This document shows, in pieces, positions 37,765-47,583 of a DNA stretch of 64,000 nt; positions within the stretch are counted from its first letter, which is position 1; each line of letters begins with the position of its first letter. The DNA is taken from contig JACQZH010000021.1 of NCBI GenBank assembly GCA_016213925.1, positions 6,295 through 70,294 on the forward strand. The letters run 5' to 3'. The notes below the pieces were generated by a model. It was not told where the DNA came from. It did not search any database and worked only from the letters and a program-made list of their open reading frames with translations. Position numbers and translations under genes: made by a program. This DNA comes from Candidatus Omnitrophota bacterium. GTDB taxonomy: Bacteria > Omnitrophota > Gorgyraeia > B26-G9.

Positions 37765-38829
37765 ATGCTGAAGAATAAAAAGGGTGTTTTACTGGTTGCT
37801 GTATATCTGGTGGTTGGGGTGCTTCTTGGTATACTTGGAGTTTGTGTTTATAAAAATATTTATGAGGCAAAAGTAAACATTGGGTATAAGCATTATATGA
37901 TGGCGTTTTATTGCGCTGAAGCGGCATTGGATAAGGGAATTGCCAACCTTCCTTCAAGCACCAGCGGTCAAACAAATGTTAGCTTGAATGCTGTAGGAGG
38001 TACCCAACAGGGGCAGTATACTTATACAATATCTACGGTAGAAGCAGGAAAGCGCTGGCGGGTGGAAAGCTGGGGATATTCGCCCAGCCAGGCAGATGCC
38101 GTAGTTACCCAGCATCTTGAGGCTTATGTTTCAAAAAAGGACTTGCCGGACTCTTTCTGGGATAACGCGATTTATACAGCCGGTAATGTGAGAGTAAACG
38201 GCAGTGCGTATGATATTGATGGTGATATTATTTATGGAGGCTCGCTTTTACCTGCGGTTCTTGATCCGGCTAAATTTTCCGGAACAAGCACAAATGATGC
38301 CAGTATTTCGCCTTTGATCAAGCTTGATTTTGAGACAATGAGAACAACTGCTGCCAGCCAGATCAAGGCTGACGGAAGCGATAATGTGTATACGTTTATG
38401 GAAATAGCAGCAGGGAATCCGCCCTTTCCAACTAGCTTCTGGTTTGACCAGACTGACCCTGACCCGACAAAATGGGTGCCTAATGTTGTGTATGTGGAAA
38501 CAGACCTTGTGCTTAACGGCAATATCGGCACGATCGGGGGTTTTTTTCTTGTGGTCGGAGATGTTACGACAAACCCTTCATCAACATCTGAGACTGTAAT
38601 CAATGGGAGAGGACAGATCGACGGTTGTATTTACAGTACAGGGCAGTTTCGCGTAAACGGCGGCGGCGGTGCTGACTTGAATGTTCTAGGCGGGGTTTGG
38701 GCAGGGACTGACGGAGTGCGTATAAACGGAAGTGTTCACCTTGGATACAATGAGGATTATATGAACGCTATCCGTGATGTGATCCAGCCTGGTTCGACTG
38801 TGCAGGTGATTTCCTGGCGGAGATTATAA
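37765..38829 (+). CDS. PilX-like minor pseudopilin
   Basis: The N-terminus MLKNKKG|VLLVAVYLVVGVLLG is a hydrophobic helix lacking E+5. 354 aa. It is last in the cluster. Confidence 0.4.
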   Translation: MLKNKKGVLLVAVYLVVGVLLGILGVCVYKNIYEAKVNIGYKHYMMAFYCAEAALDKGIANLPSSTSGQTNVSLNAVGGTQQGQYTYTISTVEAGKRWRVESWGYSPSQADAVVTQHLEAYVSKKDLPDSFWDNAIYTAGNVRVNGSAYDIDGDIIYGGSLLPAVLDPAKFSGTSTNDASISPLIKLDFETMRTTAASQIKADGSDNVYTFMEIAAGNPPFPTSFWFDQTDPDPTKWVPNVVYVETDLVLNGNIGTIGGFFLVVGDVTTNPSSTSETVINGRGQIDGCIYSTGQFRVNGGGGADLNVLGGVWAGTDGVRINGSVHLGYNEDYMNAIRDVIQPGSTVQVISWRRL

Positions 38830-38967
38830 GATCAAACGTAATGGGACAGCTTTTAATCTCTTTGCTGAAAATCCCCGGGTTTTCTCCAGAAAAATTCTCT
38901 TAAAATTTCCAGGGCTAAGTTCTCTTAATCCTCGGGATTATCCGCGCGATTCTTAAAATACTAGTAA

Positions 38968-39202
38968 CAGTTCAGCGTTAGGAAATTTGTTCGATATGCG
39001 GTGCGAACGTAACCGGTTCACTCCGTTCGCTACGGCTGCTCGTCGCAATCGGATAAAATTTTTCCGACTGTCCCCCCATCCCCCACAGGGTGGGCTCAGG
39101 TAAGCACTTCTGGAAAAATTTCATCCTCATAAGCATGCTCCTGTGCGGCCTTATGCTCACTACGTGAACCGATTACGTTCCTTCTGCTAAGAGCTGAACT
39201 AT
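38968..39202. repeat. Palindromic intergenic repeat, family B, copy 1 (MITE-like)
   Basis: About 85-90% identical to 44718-44958. It has terminal inverted repeats CAGTTCAGCG...GCTGAACT. The internal arms are mutually complementary (GAACGTAACCGGTTCAC / GTGAACCGATTACGTTC and GGATAAAATTTTTCC / GGAAAAATTTCATCC). Confidence 0.6.
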
Positions 39203-39293
39203 TACAAATACTACATATCAATAAATGACATGAAACTTCCTGCAGTTTTTATCATCAAAATATAAAGGGCAGTTGAATAAAGAAAGGCACGGT

Positions 39294-40397
39294 ATGAATA
39301 AAATTTTTAGAAAATTTATGCTGCTGATCTTGGTAATGCTATTGATGTTATCTGATTTTGCCAACGCAAAGGATGCTCAGATGAAAAATGCTATTGAACA
39401 GCAAGATAAAAAAATTGACAAAGCGGTATTTGCCGGAGGTTGTTTTTGGTGCATGGAAGCTGATTTCGAGAAGGTTAAAGGAGTTAAGGAAGTAATTTCC
39501 GGTTATATGGGGGGAAATATTAAAAATCCTACATATGATGATTACGCTGAAAAAGGATATAAAGAAGCAGTAGCAATCACTTTTGATACAACGAAGATAT
39601 CATATAAAGAACTGCTTGATTTTTTCTGGCAGCATATAGACCCGACAGATTCCGGCGGACAGTTTTGTGACCGCGGGCATGGATATACCAGCGCGGTTTT
39701 TTATCATACAGATGAGCAGAAACGCCTTGCTGATGAGTCAAAAAAAGAGCTGGAGGAATCAGGAAAATTAGGAGCTCCTATCGCGACAAATATAATAAAC
39801 GCCGGTATGTTTTATGCCGCGGAGGATTATCACCAGGATTATTATAAAAAGAAACCGCTTGAGTATAAGCTTTACCGCTTAGGATGCGGACGGGATAGAC
39901 AGCTTAAGAATAGGTGCCTGAATATTGCAAATAATGCTGGGGATACGGCACATGAGTCAAAATATAAAAAACTAAATCAGCAAAAGCTTAAAAAAAAATT
40001 AAGCGGGATGCAGTTTAAAGTTACTCAGGAAAACGGGACAGAACCTCCTTTTGAAAATGAATATTGGGATAATAAAAAAGAGGGGATATATGTGGATATC
40101 ATCAGCGGAGAGCCGTTATTCAGCTCTCGAGACCAATTTAAATCAGGTACAGGCTGGCCAAGCTTTACTCAGCCGCTTGAGCCGGATAATGTGGTGGAAA
40201 AACAAAGCCGCAGCGGTTTTGATTTCAGGATGGAAATTAGAAGTAAACATGCTGATTCACATCTGGGCCATGTTTTTAATGACGGGCCAAAATATACGGG
40301 GTTGCGCTATTGCATTAATTCCGCGGCATTGCGTTTTATTCCAAAGGATGAGCTTAAACAGCAGGGGTATGAAGATTACTTAAAGCTTTTTGAATAA
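39294..40397 (+). CDS. msrAB: Periplasmic bifunctional methionine sulfoxide reductase MsrA-MsrB
   Basis: Signal peptide, [12 protein letters not shown] (MsrA) and a C-terminal MsrB with GWPSF...HLGHVF...RYCINSAAL. Confidence 0.8.
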   Translation: MNKIFRKFMLLILVMLLMLSDFANAKDAQMKNAIEQQDKKIDKAVFAGGCFWCMEADFEKVKGVKEVISGYMGGNIKNPTYDDYAEKGYKEAVAITFDTTKISYKELLDFFWQHIDPTDSGGQFCDRGHGYTSAVFYHTDEQKRLADESKKELEESGKLGAPIATNIINAGMFYAAEDYHQDYYKKKPLEYKLYRLGCGRDRQLKNRCLNIANNAGDTAHESKYKKLNQQKLKKKLSGMQFKVTQENGTEPPFENEYWDNKKEGIYVDIISGEPLFSSRDQFKSGTGWPSFTQPLEPDNVVEKQSRSGFDFRMEIRSKHADSHLGHVFNDGPKYTGLRYCINSAALRFIPKDELKQQGYEDYLKLFE

Positions 40398-40487
40398 AAA
40401 TAATGAAACTAGGCTACTTGAAAAGCATCAAAAATATAGAAGGAGAGAGAAGGAAAAGGTAGTTAATGCTTAGAAAAGAGGTGTGCT

Positions 40488-40628
40488 ATGAAGAACAAAG
40501 TACAGTGCGGTGTATGTTATGAACCGATATTTACGGGATTTGGGTTTAGTTATGCGCCTGTTTTAGAATGCTGCGAAACGGCTCAAAAGAAGATGCACAG
40601 GAAAAATACAGCAAAAGCAAAGAAATAA
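40488..40628 (+). CDS. Possible small Cys-rich protein (46 aa)
   Basis: RBS AAGAGG. MKNKVQCGVCYEPIF...LECCE... It is below the ORF-track length cutoff. Confidence 0.2.
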   Translation: MKNKVQCGVCYEPIFTGFGFSYAPVLECCETAQKKMHRKNTAKAKK

Positions 40629-40783
40629 TGAGCAGGAATAAACCGCTTCGAAGGATTATTAAAAAATAAGGCTGAGGCGGTTTTTTGAGGCGGTCTTGGC
40701 TTCTTGACAATAAGCTGATTTAATGATAAGTTACTAATATGGCGGCGGGAGGATTAAAGCGTTTATAATAATTACTATTAAGG

Positions 40784-40795
40784 ATGCCTAGGCAT
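40784..40795. promoter_or_regulatory. Perfect 12-bp palindrome ATGCCTAGGCAT downstream of a TATAAT, candidate operator for the YHS gene
   Basis: TATAAT at 40763-40768. The palindrome is 52 bp upstream of the YHS-domain ORF start. Confidence 0.3.
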
Positions 40796-40846
40796 GAAGA
40801 TACAGCAAGTTATTTGGATTATTACTAGTTAAAAAGGAGGTTGTAG

Positions 40847-41185
40847 ATGAAGGAAAAGATGTTTTTATTGACCGGGTTGTTTAGTTTATTTATTTTTGCC
40901 GGTTGTTTTGCTGCTATCGGAGTGGCTGCCGCAGAAGAACAACCTCAATCAATCACGCAAAAGACGGATGTTGTTTCAGCTGAGGTTGTTGAAGCAGGCA
41001 ACACAATTTGTCCGGTCAGCGGTGATAAAGTAGGAAGCATGGGGCCTAATGTGCGGTATGAATATAAAGGGAAAATCTATAGTTTCTGCTGCGAAGGATG
41101 CGTCCCAACTTTCAAGGAAGACCCGGAAAAATATATCAAAATGTTAGAAGAAATGACGGCTAAAGAAAGTTCTGCAGTTAAATAA
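40847..41185 (+). CDS. Secreted YHS-domain metal-binding protein
   Basis: Signal peptide, then NTICPVSGDKV...YSFCCEGCVPTF (YHS/TRASH-like). Confidence 0.5.
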   Translation: MKEKMFLLTGLFSLFIFAGCFAAIGVAAAEEQPQSITQKTDVVSAEVVEAGNTICPVSGDKVGSMGPNVRYEYKGKIYSFCCEGCVPTFKEDPEKYIKMLEEMTAKESSAVK

Positions 41186-41261
41186 GGAATGAAAATAGAT
41201 TAATTTGGACAGAATGGAAAGCTGTTAATAACTAAGATGTTTATATATAGTTTTTTACATG

Positions 41262-41304
41262 GGGCTGCTGCCGATAGTATCGGCGCAGCCTTTTTTTATT
41301 TTTG
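41262..41304 (+). terminator. Rho-independent terminator after the YHS gene
   Basis: GGCTGCTGCCGATA / TATCGGCGCAGCC stem followed by TTTTTTTATTTTT. Confidence 0.45.
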
Positions 41305-41458
41305 TTATTCTGGTTAGCTTTATTAAGATTTGGCATTTATTTTCTTTTTAATTAGTAATATAATAATGTGATTATGAATTTTAGGCTATTATTTATCAGG
41401 GGCTGGCTAAATAGTAAATTTGCCGGAAAATCGTAAATACGATATATAAGTAAAAATT

Positions 41459-42628
41459 ATGAAAAATAAGATACTGTTGTTTTTATCTGTTACTGTCCTT
41501 ACTTTAGCTGTATTTACGGCTTCGGGATATTCTTTTTGGGATAATCTTTTTAATAGTAATTCTTCCGTATCAGCAGAAAACACGGGTAATAGTAAAAGTG
41601 TACTGCAGTTTACTGATTTTAAACACATAGATACCGGGGGTACAGGTATCGAAACGTTTCATATGCTTATTCCAAAGGACTGGCAGTTCAGCGGAGGGGT
41701 GCGTTGGATTCTTAATAATCCCGGGATGCCGGCAGTGATTAGTTTTAAACTTAAAAACCCGGGCGGGATTGAAGAATTGGAAGTTTTTCCTAATCAGCCG
41801 TTTTTTTGGACAAATAATCAGATGGTTCTTTCCATGTTTCCCGTTGGCGCGTATTATTTCGGCAGTGAAGTAGCGCCGCCTGTTTCGGCTTTAGAAGCTC
41901 TGGAACGGATTACTATTCCGAGGTTTAGAAGCGATGTCTCGAATATACGCGTTATTAAAAAAGAACCGCTTCCTGAGCTTGCGCAGATATTGAATAAGCA
42001 GGCAATACAGCAGCCAGGTATTAATTATTCCGCTGAAGGCGCTAAAATACGGGTGGAATATGTTAAGGACGGCAGAGAAATAGAAGAAGAAATTTTCGCG
42101 GTCGTGGAAGCAGTTTCTTTCAGCATGCAAAGCATGATGGGGGTTGTTACTAATATCAACTGGACGGTTGATTACGTGTTTTCTTTTAAAGCGGAAAAGG
42201 GTCGATTGGATTCCCATTACAAGACATTTCAGACAATTGTTCATTCGTTTACTTTAAACCCGCAATGGTTTAATAAATATAACCAGGTTGTTGAGTATCT
42301 TGTGCAAAGACAAATACAGCAGATTAATAATATCGGCCAATTGAGTAAAATTATCAGCCAGACACATAATGAGATCAGTGATATGATTATGGACTCTTAT
42401 AATTACCGCCAGAAGGTAAATGACCGTATAGCCGATAATTTCAGTAAATCTATCCGCGGTGTTGAAGGATATTATGATCCCGGGCAGGACAAGGCTGTTG
42501 AGCTTCCCAACGGTTATCGGGATGCCTGGTCAAATAAACTTGGCGAATATATTCTCTCCGATGATCCGAATTTTAATCCTAACGTTAATTCGGCAACAAC
42601 CTGGGAAAAAATGAGGAAAACAGAATAA
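41459..42628 (+). CDS. Hypothetical secreted protein
   Basis: Signal peptide. 389 aa. No recognised motif. Confidence 0.3.
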   Translation: MKNKILLFLSVTVLTLAVFTASGYSFWDNLFNSNSSVSAENTGNSKSVLQFTDFKHIDTGGTGIETFHMLIPKDWQFSGGVRWILNNPGMPAVISFKLKNPGGIEELEVFPNQPFFWTNNQMVLSMFPVGAYYFGSEVAPPVSALEALERITIPRFRSDVSNIRVIKKEPLPELAQILNKQAIQQPGINYSAEGAKIRVEYVKDGREIEEEIFAVVEAVSFSMQSMMGVVTNINWTVDYVFSFKAEKGRLDSHYKTFQTIVHSFTLNPQWFNKYNQVVEYLVQRQIQQINNIGQLSKIISQTHNEISDMIMDSYNYRQKVNDRIADNFSKSIRGVEGYYDPGQDKAVELPNGYRDAWSNKLGEYILSDDPNFNPNVNSATTWEKMRKTE

Positions 42629-42666
42629 TATCGAATTTTTATTTTTAATAAGACAGCATAAATAAG

Positions 42667-43983
42667 ATGAATGAGCCTCTGAAGATAAAAGAGAAAAATA
42701 TTAAATTATCCGTTATCGAGGGTATGTTTGCCAGCGCGATGGCCGGGTTTACGCAGGAATATTTTACGCCTTTTCTGCTTCTTTTAGGCGGCACTGCGCA
42801 GCATGTCGGGCTATTGAACGCGCTGCCTAACCTGCTTGGCTCATTAGCGCAGCTTAAAAGCGCTGATATTGTCGAGCGTTTAAATTCAAGAAAGAAAATG
42901 ATCAATATTTTTATGATCCTCCAAGGTGTTATGCTTATTCCGATGGCAGCGATCTCGTTGATTAAAGATATGCCTCCGGCGGCATTTATAATCAGTGTGA
43001 TGTTTTATACAGGCTTCGGTGCTTTAGCCAGCCCGGCATGGGGAAGTTTTATGTCAGATCTGGTTGATAAAGACAAACGCGGCGTGTTTTTCGGCTGGCG
43101 TAATAAGATACTGGGTTTTACTACTGTAGGCTCGATGTTTGTTGCCGGCGGTCTGTTGTATTTTATGAAAAAAATAGATGTTTATAAAGGTTTTGCCCTG
43201 CTTTTTTTCCTGGCTTTTATTTGGAGGTTTGTTTCATGGTATTTCTTGCAAAAAATGCATGAGCCGGTTTTACATAAAAATAATAATAACCAATTCACTT
43301 TTTTTCAGTTTGTGCGCAGGCTTAAAGAAAGTAATTTTGCCCAATTTGTGGTTTTTGTAGCGTTATTGAGTTTTACGGTAAATATCGCGTCTCCGTTTTT
43401 TTCAGTATTGATGCTTAGGGAACTGGGATTTAATTATTTCCTTTTTACGCTTATAACGCTGTCTTCCACGTTTACAATTTATTGCATTATTACCCGATGG
43501 GGAAGGCATGCCGATAAAGCCGGGAATTTAAAAGTAATAAAAATTACCGCTCCTTTAATTGGGTGTATCCCGCTTTTATGGATTATTAACCGCAGCCCGT
43601 TGTTCCTTATTTGCGCGCAGGTTTTTTCCGGCTTTGTCTGGGCCGGTTTTAATCTTTGTACAGCTAATTTTATTTATGACGCGGTGATTCCGGAAAAAAG
43701 AACGCGCTGTATAGCGTATTTTAATACGATTAACGGTACGGCGCTTTGTTTGGGTGCCTTGATGGGAGGATTTTTACTGCCGCATTTACCGTGCCTTTTC
43801 GGATACAAGATATTGACGCTTTTCCTGATTTCATCGATTTTAAGGATATTGGTCAGTTTGTTTTTACCGCTTAAGTTAAAAGAGGTGAGGAAAGTGGAAA
43901 GTTTAAGCGGTGAGCGGATTTTTTTCAGCATGGTCGGGATCCGTCCGGTTTTAGGATCGGAGAGGAAAACTATCAGATTTTGA
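42667..43983 (+). CDS. MFS transporter
   Basis: About 12 TM helices and GWRNK loop motifs between TM2 and TM3. Confidence 0.6.
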   Translation: MNEPLKIKEKNIKLSVIEGMFASAMAGFTQEYFTPFLLLLGGTAQHVGLLNALPNLLGSLAQLKSADIVERLNSRKKMINIFMILQGVMLIPMAAISLIKDMPPAAFIISVMFYTGFGALASPAWGSFMSDLVDKDKRGVFFGWRNKILGFTTVGSMFVAGGLLYFMKKIDVYKGFALLFFLAFIWRFVSWYFLQKMHEPVLHKNNNNQFTFFQFVRRLKESNFAQFVVFVALLSFTVNIASPFFSVLMLRELGFNYFLFTLITLSSTFTIYCIITRWGRHADKAGNLKVIKITAPLIGCIPLLWIINRSPLFLICAQVFSGFVWAGFNLCTANFIYDAVIPEKRTRCIAYFNTINGTALCLGALMGGFLLPHLPCLFGYKILTLFLISSILRILVSLFLPLKLKEVRKVESLSGERIFFSMVGIRPVLGSERKTIRF

Positions 43984-44006
43984 GTACAATAGTTGCCGGA
44001 GTTTGA

Positions 44007-44708
44007 ATGAAGAATATGCGGAAAGTTAAAAGCGGGATAAAGAGCTGGCCGGAAGATGAGCGGCCAAGAGAAAAACTGCTGAGGAACGGAGAGCATACAT
44101 TAAGCAACGCGGAACTTCTGGCAATTCTTATCCGTACCGGGATAAACGGGCAAAGCGCGGTAGATATATCCAGAAAGATCCTGTCAAAATTCAAGGCCTT
44201 TCGGCAGATGAGCCACACGGATATGCGAAGCTGGCGGGAATTCAAAGGCCTTGGACTGGCGAAAATAGCGCAGATTAAAGCGGCTCTTGAGATTGCCCGG
44301 CGCATGGGAGAAGAAACCTTGGATAAAAAAACAAAGATATCTTCAGCCAAAGAAGTGGTTTCCCTGCTTTTGCCTCGTATGAGGGACCTAAAAAAAGAGG
44401 TTTTTAAGATAATTTTTCTTGATAGCCAAAACAGGGTGATTGATATTACCGAGCAAGGCACAGGCACGGTTAATCAGGCCAGTTTTTATTCCAGGGAAAT
44501 TTTTCAAAAAGCCTTGGAATATTTTGCCGTTTCGATAATCTGCGTGCATAATCATCCTTCAGGCAATTGCCTGCCAAGCGAGCAGGATAAACTGTTTTCT
44601 CAAAGGCTATTTGACGCTGGCAAGCTTCTGCAGGTAGCTTTTTTAGATCATATAATTGTCAGCGAAGAAGGATATTTCAGTTTTGCCGAACATGGATTGA
44701 TTAAATAA
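44007..44708 (+). CDS. radC: RadC-like JAB/MPN domain protein (UPF0758)
   Basis: HhH N-terminus and HNHPSG JAMM motif, ending ...IVSEEG. Confidence 0.75.
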   Translation: MKNMRKVKSGIKSWPEDERPREKLLRNGEHTLSNAELLAILIRTGINGQSAVDISRKILSKFKAFRQMSHTDMRSWREFKGLGLAKIAQIKAALEIARRMGEETLDKKTKISSAKEVVSLLLPRMRDLKKEVFKIIFLDSQNRVIDITEQGTGTVNQASFYSREIFQKALEYFAVSIICVHNHPSGNCLPSEQDKLFSQRLFDAGKLLQVAFLDHIIVSEEGYFSFAEHGLIK

Positions 44709-44717
44709 TATGGTAAT

Positions 44718-44958
44718 AGTTCAGCGTTCAGAAGTTTGAGTTAATAATGATGCGGTACAGACTCAATCGTCGCTCTGCATTCGCAGACGGTGCTCGTCGC
44801 AATCGGATAAAATTTTCCCGACTGCCCCCAGCATCCCCCACAGGGCGGTAGTTCAGGTAAGCACTTCTGGGGAAATTTTATCCTCATAAGCGAGTTTCTG
44901 CGCGCCTTATGCTCACTACGTGAGCCGATCGAGTCTCTTCTGCTAAGAGCTGAACTGT
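44718..44958. repeat. Palindromic intergenic repeat, family B, copy 2
   Basis: See copy 1. It starts 10 bp after the radC stop. Confidence 0.6.
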
Positions 44959-45041
44959 TAAATAATATGCGATAGTTCATCTTATGTGAATGAAAGGTTC
45001 CAAACTCTGAACTGATACAATAAGATCGGGAGGGTAAATAG

Positions 45042-45791
45042 TTGAAAAAAGAGATTTTGATTTTTGAAAATATTGTGATGATGTCGGAAAGCATTATCAA
45101 TAGGTGGAAACAAATCGCGAAGGAGGCGATAACAAACAGGGGTTGTTTTAGTATCGTGCTTTCCGGAGGGAAAACTCCTGTGGATTTATATCAGAGGCTT
45201 GCTAAGTTAAATGGAGATGAAATACCCTGGGAAAAGACGCATGTGTTTTTTATCGATGAACGCTATGTCGGGCCTGATCATCCGCATAACAATATGGCAA
45301 TGCTTTCCGTTGAGCTTTTCGAAAAAAATATGATGCCCAAAGAAAATATCTATCCGATATTTGATCAAGGAATTACTTTGGAGAGAGCTGCAGACATTTA
45401 TGCGGGAAAGATACGGAATTTTTTTAATTTAAGAGAACTTGAATATCCGGTTTTTGACCTGATACTGCTTGGCTTGGGAGCTGACGGGCACACCGCGGCC
45501 TTATTTCCTAAAGATATGCCGAGTATTTTGAAAGAAAAACGCCTTGTGGCCAAAGTTGAAGTTCAAGACGCCAAAGAGCCTTGGATAACCATGACTTTAC
45601 CTGTTATTAACAGCGCTAGGAGTATTTTTGTTTTAGTAAGCGGCAGCCATAAAGCGGATATTTTTAAAAAAGTGATAGAAGAAAACGCTGATTTGCCTGC
45701 TGCCAAGATCATGCCGAAAAACGGAAAACTGATTTTTTGCGTGGATAAGCAGGCGGCATCGTCTTTGCCAGAGAAATATAACTCTCTTTAG
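45042..45791 (+). CDS. pgl: 6-phosphogluconolactonase
   Basis: LSGGKTP, FFIDERYV and LGLGADGHTAALFP motifs. TTG start after GGGAGGG. Confidence 0.65.
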   Translation: MKKEILIFENIVMMSESIINRWKQIAKEAITNRGCFSIVLSGGKTPVDLYQRLAKLNGDEIPWEKTHVFFIDERYVGPDHPHNNMAMLSVELFEKNMMPKENIYPIFDQGITLERAADIYAGKIRNFFNLRELEYPVFDLILLGLGADGHTAALFPKDMPSILKEKRLVAKVEVQDAKEPWITMTLPVINSARSIFVLVSGSHKADIFKKVIEENADLPAAKIMPKNGKLIFCVDKQAASSLPEKYNSL

Positions 45792-47450
45792 CTATTCCGA
45801 TAATTTAACGATAACCCCTTTTAGCCGTGCCTGATTCAAAAAGTATTTTAAAAAAATTATCTCGACGAAGAGATATAATCCCGTAAGCGCAAATCCTTTT
45901 AAAAGAATAAACGGCCCTGAAGGAGCAAAGCCGAAATAAGAACGCAGGTATTCAAGAAAATATGTAAGCGGTATGAACTGTGAAACGCGGTGCCAGAAAA
46001 CAGGCAGTGTTTCTACGGGATAATATATGCCGCAAATAAGCATTAAAAGATAGGCAAGCATCCAGGCAGTGTTTTCTGCCTTGTTGCCAAAGGCAAGGAC
46101 CAGCATATTTACGATTGTTCCGGCTATAAGCGCGGTTAAAAAAATTCCCATTAAAAAAAGCGAAGTCGGGATGATTCCCGGGAAACTTACCCCAAACATC
46201 AAATAGGCGGCAATGGCCAGCACTGAAAAAATAATTAAGCCTCTGACTATTCCGATGATCCAGGAGCCGCATAATGATTCGATGGGGCCGGCAGGAGTAA
46301 GCATAGTATGTTTTAAGCTTTTTGACCAAATTTCATAAAGAATATTATAAGAGACATCAAGCTGTGTTAACTGCAGGATGCCTCCGGTTATGGCGCCGGT
46401 CATGATGAATGCAAGAGCTTTATGTTCAAGCGAAAGAAAATTTCCCATTAATCCGATTGAAATAAGCGTTACCATCGGCCAGAACAGCAATTCCGCAAAA
46501 GAAAAAAAGTTCCGTTTGGCAAAAATAAAATTCCGGTATGTGAAGGCGCTGGCGCGGTTTATCCAGGCAAATAAACGGTGATGTTCTGCAAGCTTATTTT
46601 TTATCTCTGCTTTGGTAGTTTCCGCGGATTGCAGGCAAAGAGCTTCTGTTTTTATCGGTTGCTGGCTGAAGTCATATTCATGATCGCGGGCAAGGCTGAT
46701 AAAGACTTCGTCTAAAGTATCTTTTTGATGCATTTGTTTTAATTGTCCAGGGCTTGCAATTCTGATTACCCTTCCTTGTTTTAAAAACACAATGCGCTGG
46801 CACATTAGTTCCGCTTCTTTCATATTATGGGTAGTTAGCAGGATCGTGATATGTTTTTCTTTCCAGATATCCAGGATCATCCGGCGGGTGTTTACTGCTA
46901 CATCAGGGTCAAGCCCGATTGTAGGCTCGTCGAGAAAAAGAATTTTCGGGTTATTGAGTAAAGCTTTTGCCAGGGCCATCCTTTGTTTTGTGCCACTGGA
47001 AAGCTCGTCAAAACACTGGTTTTGGTATGGTTTTAATTGTAAGAGCTCAATCACTTCATCTTTTTTGCTTTTCAATTTTGCCCCGGATAATCCGTAAAGC
47101 TTTGCGTAAAAGCTCAGGTTTTCTTCTACTGTTAAACTCCATGCAAAGTTCGGGTATCCAGAAGCCATATTCATTATCATTCGCATATATTGGGTGCAGG
47201 ATCTTTCGCAAAGCAGGCCGTTGACGTAAATTTGACCGGTATCCTGTATAAGCAGGGTTGAAAGAATATTAAGCAGTGTTGTTTTCCCTGCGCCGTTGGG
47301 CCCGAGGATACCGAGTATTTCTTGGCTTAAGACATCAAAAGAAACGCCATCTAATGCTCTAATAAATTTGCCTTTTGATTTGCTGTGGAATGTTTTTGAA
47401 ATGTTTTTTATGCTGATAATCGCCATAATCGCCTTATTATATGATAACAA
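45792..47450 (-). CDS. ABC transporter, fused ATP-binding and ABC-2 permease domains
   Basis: The N-terminus has GPNGAGKTT (Walker A), LSSGTKQRMALA (signature) and ILFLDEPT (Walker B). The C-terminal ~250 aa have six TM helices. An alternative ATG start is at 47426. Confidence 0.7.
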   Translation of the reverse strand: MLSYNKAIMAIISIKNISKTFHSKSKGKFIRALDGVSFDVLSQEILGILGPNGAGKTTLLNILSTLLIQDTGQIYVNGLLCERSCTQYMRMIMNMASGYPNFAWSLTVEENLSFYAKLYGLSGAKLKSKKDEVIELLQLKPYQNQCFDELSSGTKQRMALAKALLNNPKILFLDEPTIGLDPDVAVNTRRMILDIWKEKHITILLTTHNMKEAELMCQRIVFLKQGRVIRIASPGQLKQMHQKDTLDEVFISLARDHEYDFSQQPIKTEALCLQSAETTKAEIKNKLAEHHRLFAWINRASAFTYRNFIFAKRNFFSFAELLFWPMVTLISIGLMGNFLSLEHKALAFIMTGAITGGILQLTQLDVSYNILYEIWSKSLKHTMLTPAGPIESLCGSWIIGIVRGLIIFSVLAIAAYLMFGVSFPGIIPTSLFLMGIFLTALIAGTIVNMLVLAFGNKAENTAWMLAYLLMLICGIYYPVETLPVFWHRVSQFIPLTYFLEYLRSYFGFAPSGPFILLKGFALTGLYLFVEIIFLKYFLNQARLKGVIVKLSE

Positions 47451-47583
47451 GCAAATTAAAGCAAGAATCCTAACAGGGGTATGTTATAATACAAATAAAG
47501 AAAGTAGGGGGTAATTTTTAGTTGTTTTAAAAAAATCTTGTTTGATTAGCTGGCCGGATGACAACAAAAAAGTGAGAGGAAAA

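Noticed and set aside
40051-40383. ORF 40051-40383 (+) in an alternative frame
   Set aside because: It lies entirely inside the msrAB coding region, whose MsrB motifs are in the other frame. It is a shadow ORF.
38978-45100. ORFs 38978-39160 (-) and 44741-45100 (-) with similar peptides (…FPQKCLPE…GKFYPIATS…)
   Set aside because: The similarity comes from the two Family B palindromic repeat copies. The reading frames are not maintained between copies and there is no RBS. They are treated as non-coding.
46378-47514. Several + strand ORFs (46378-46581, 46792-47097, 46967-47224, 47296-47514)
   Set aside because: They lie antisense within the 552-aa ABC transporter gene on the minus strand, which has clear Walker A, signature and Walker B motifs.
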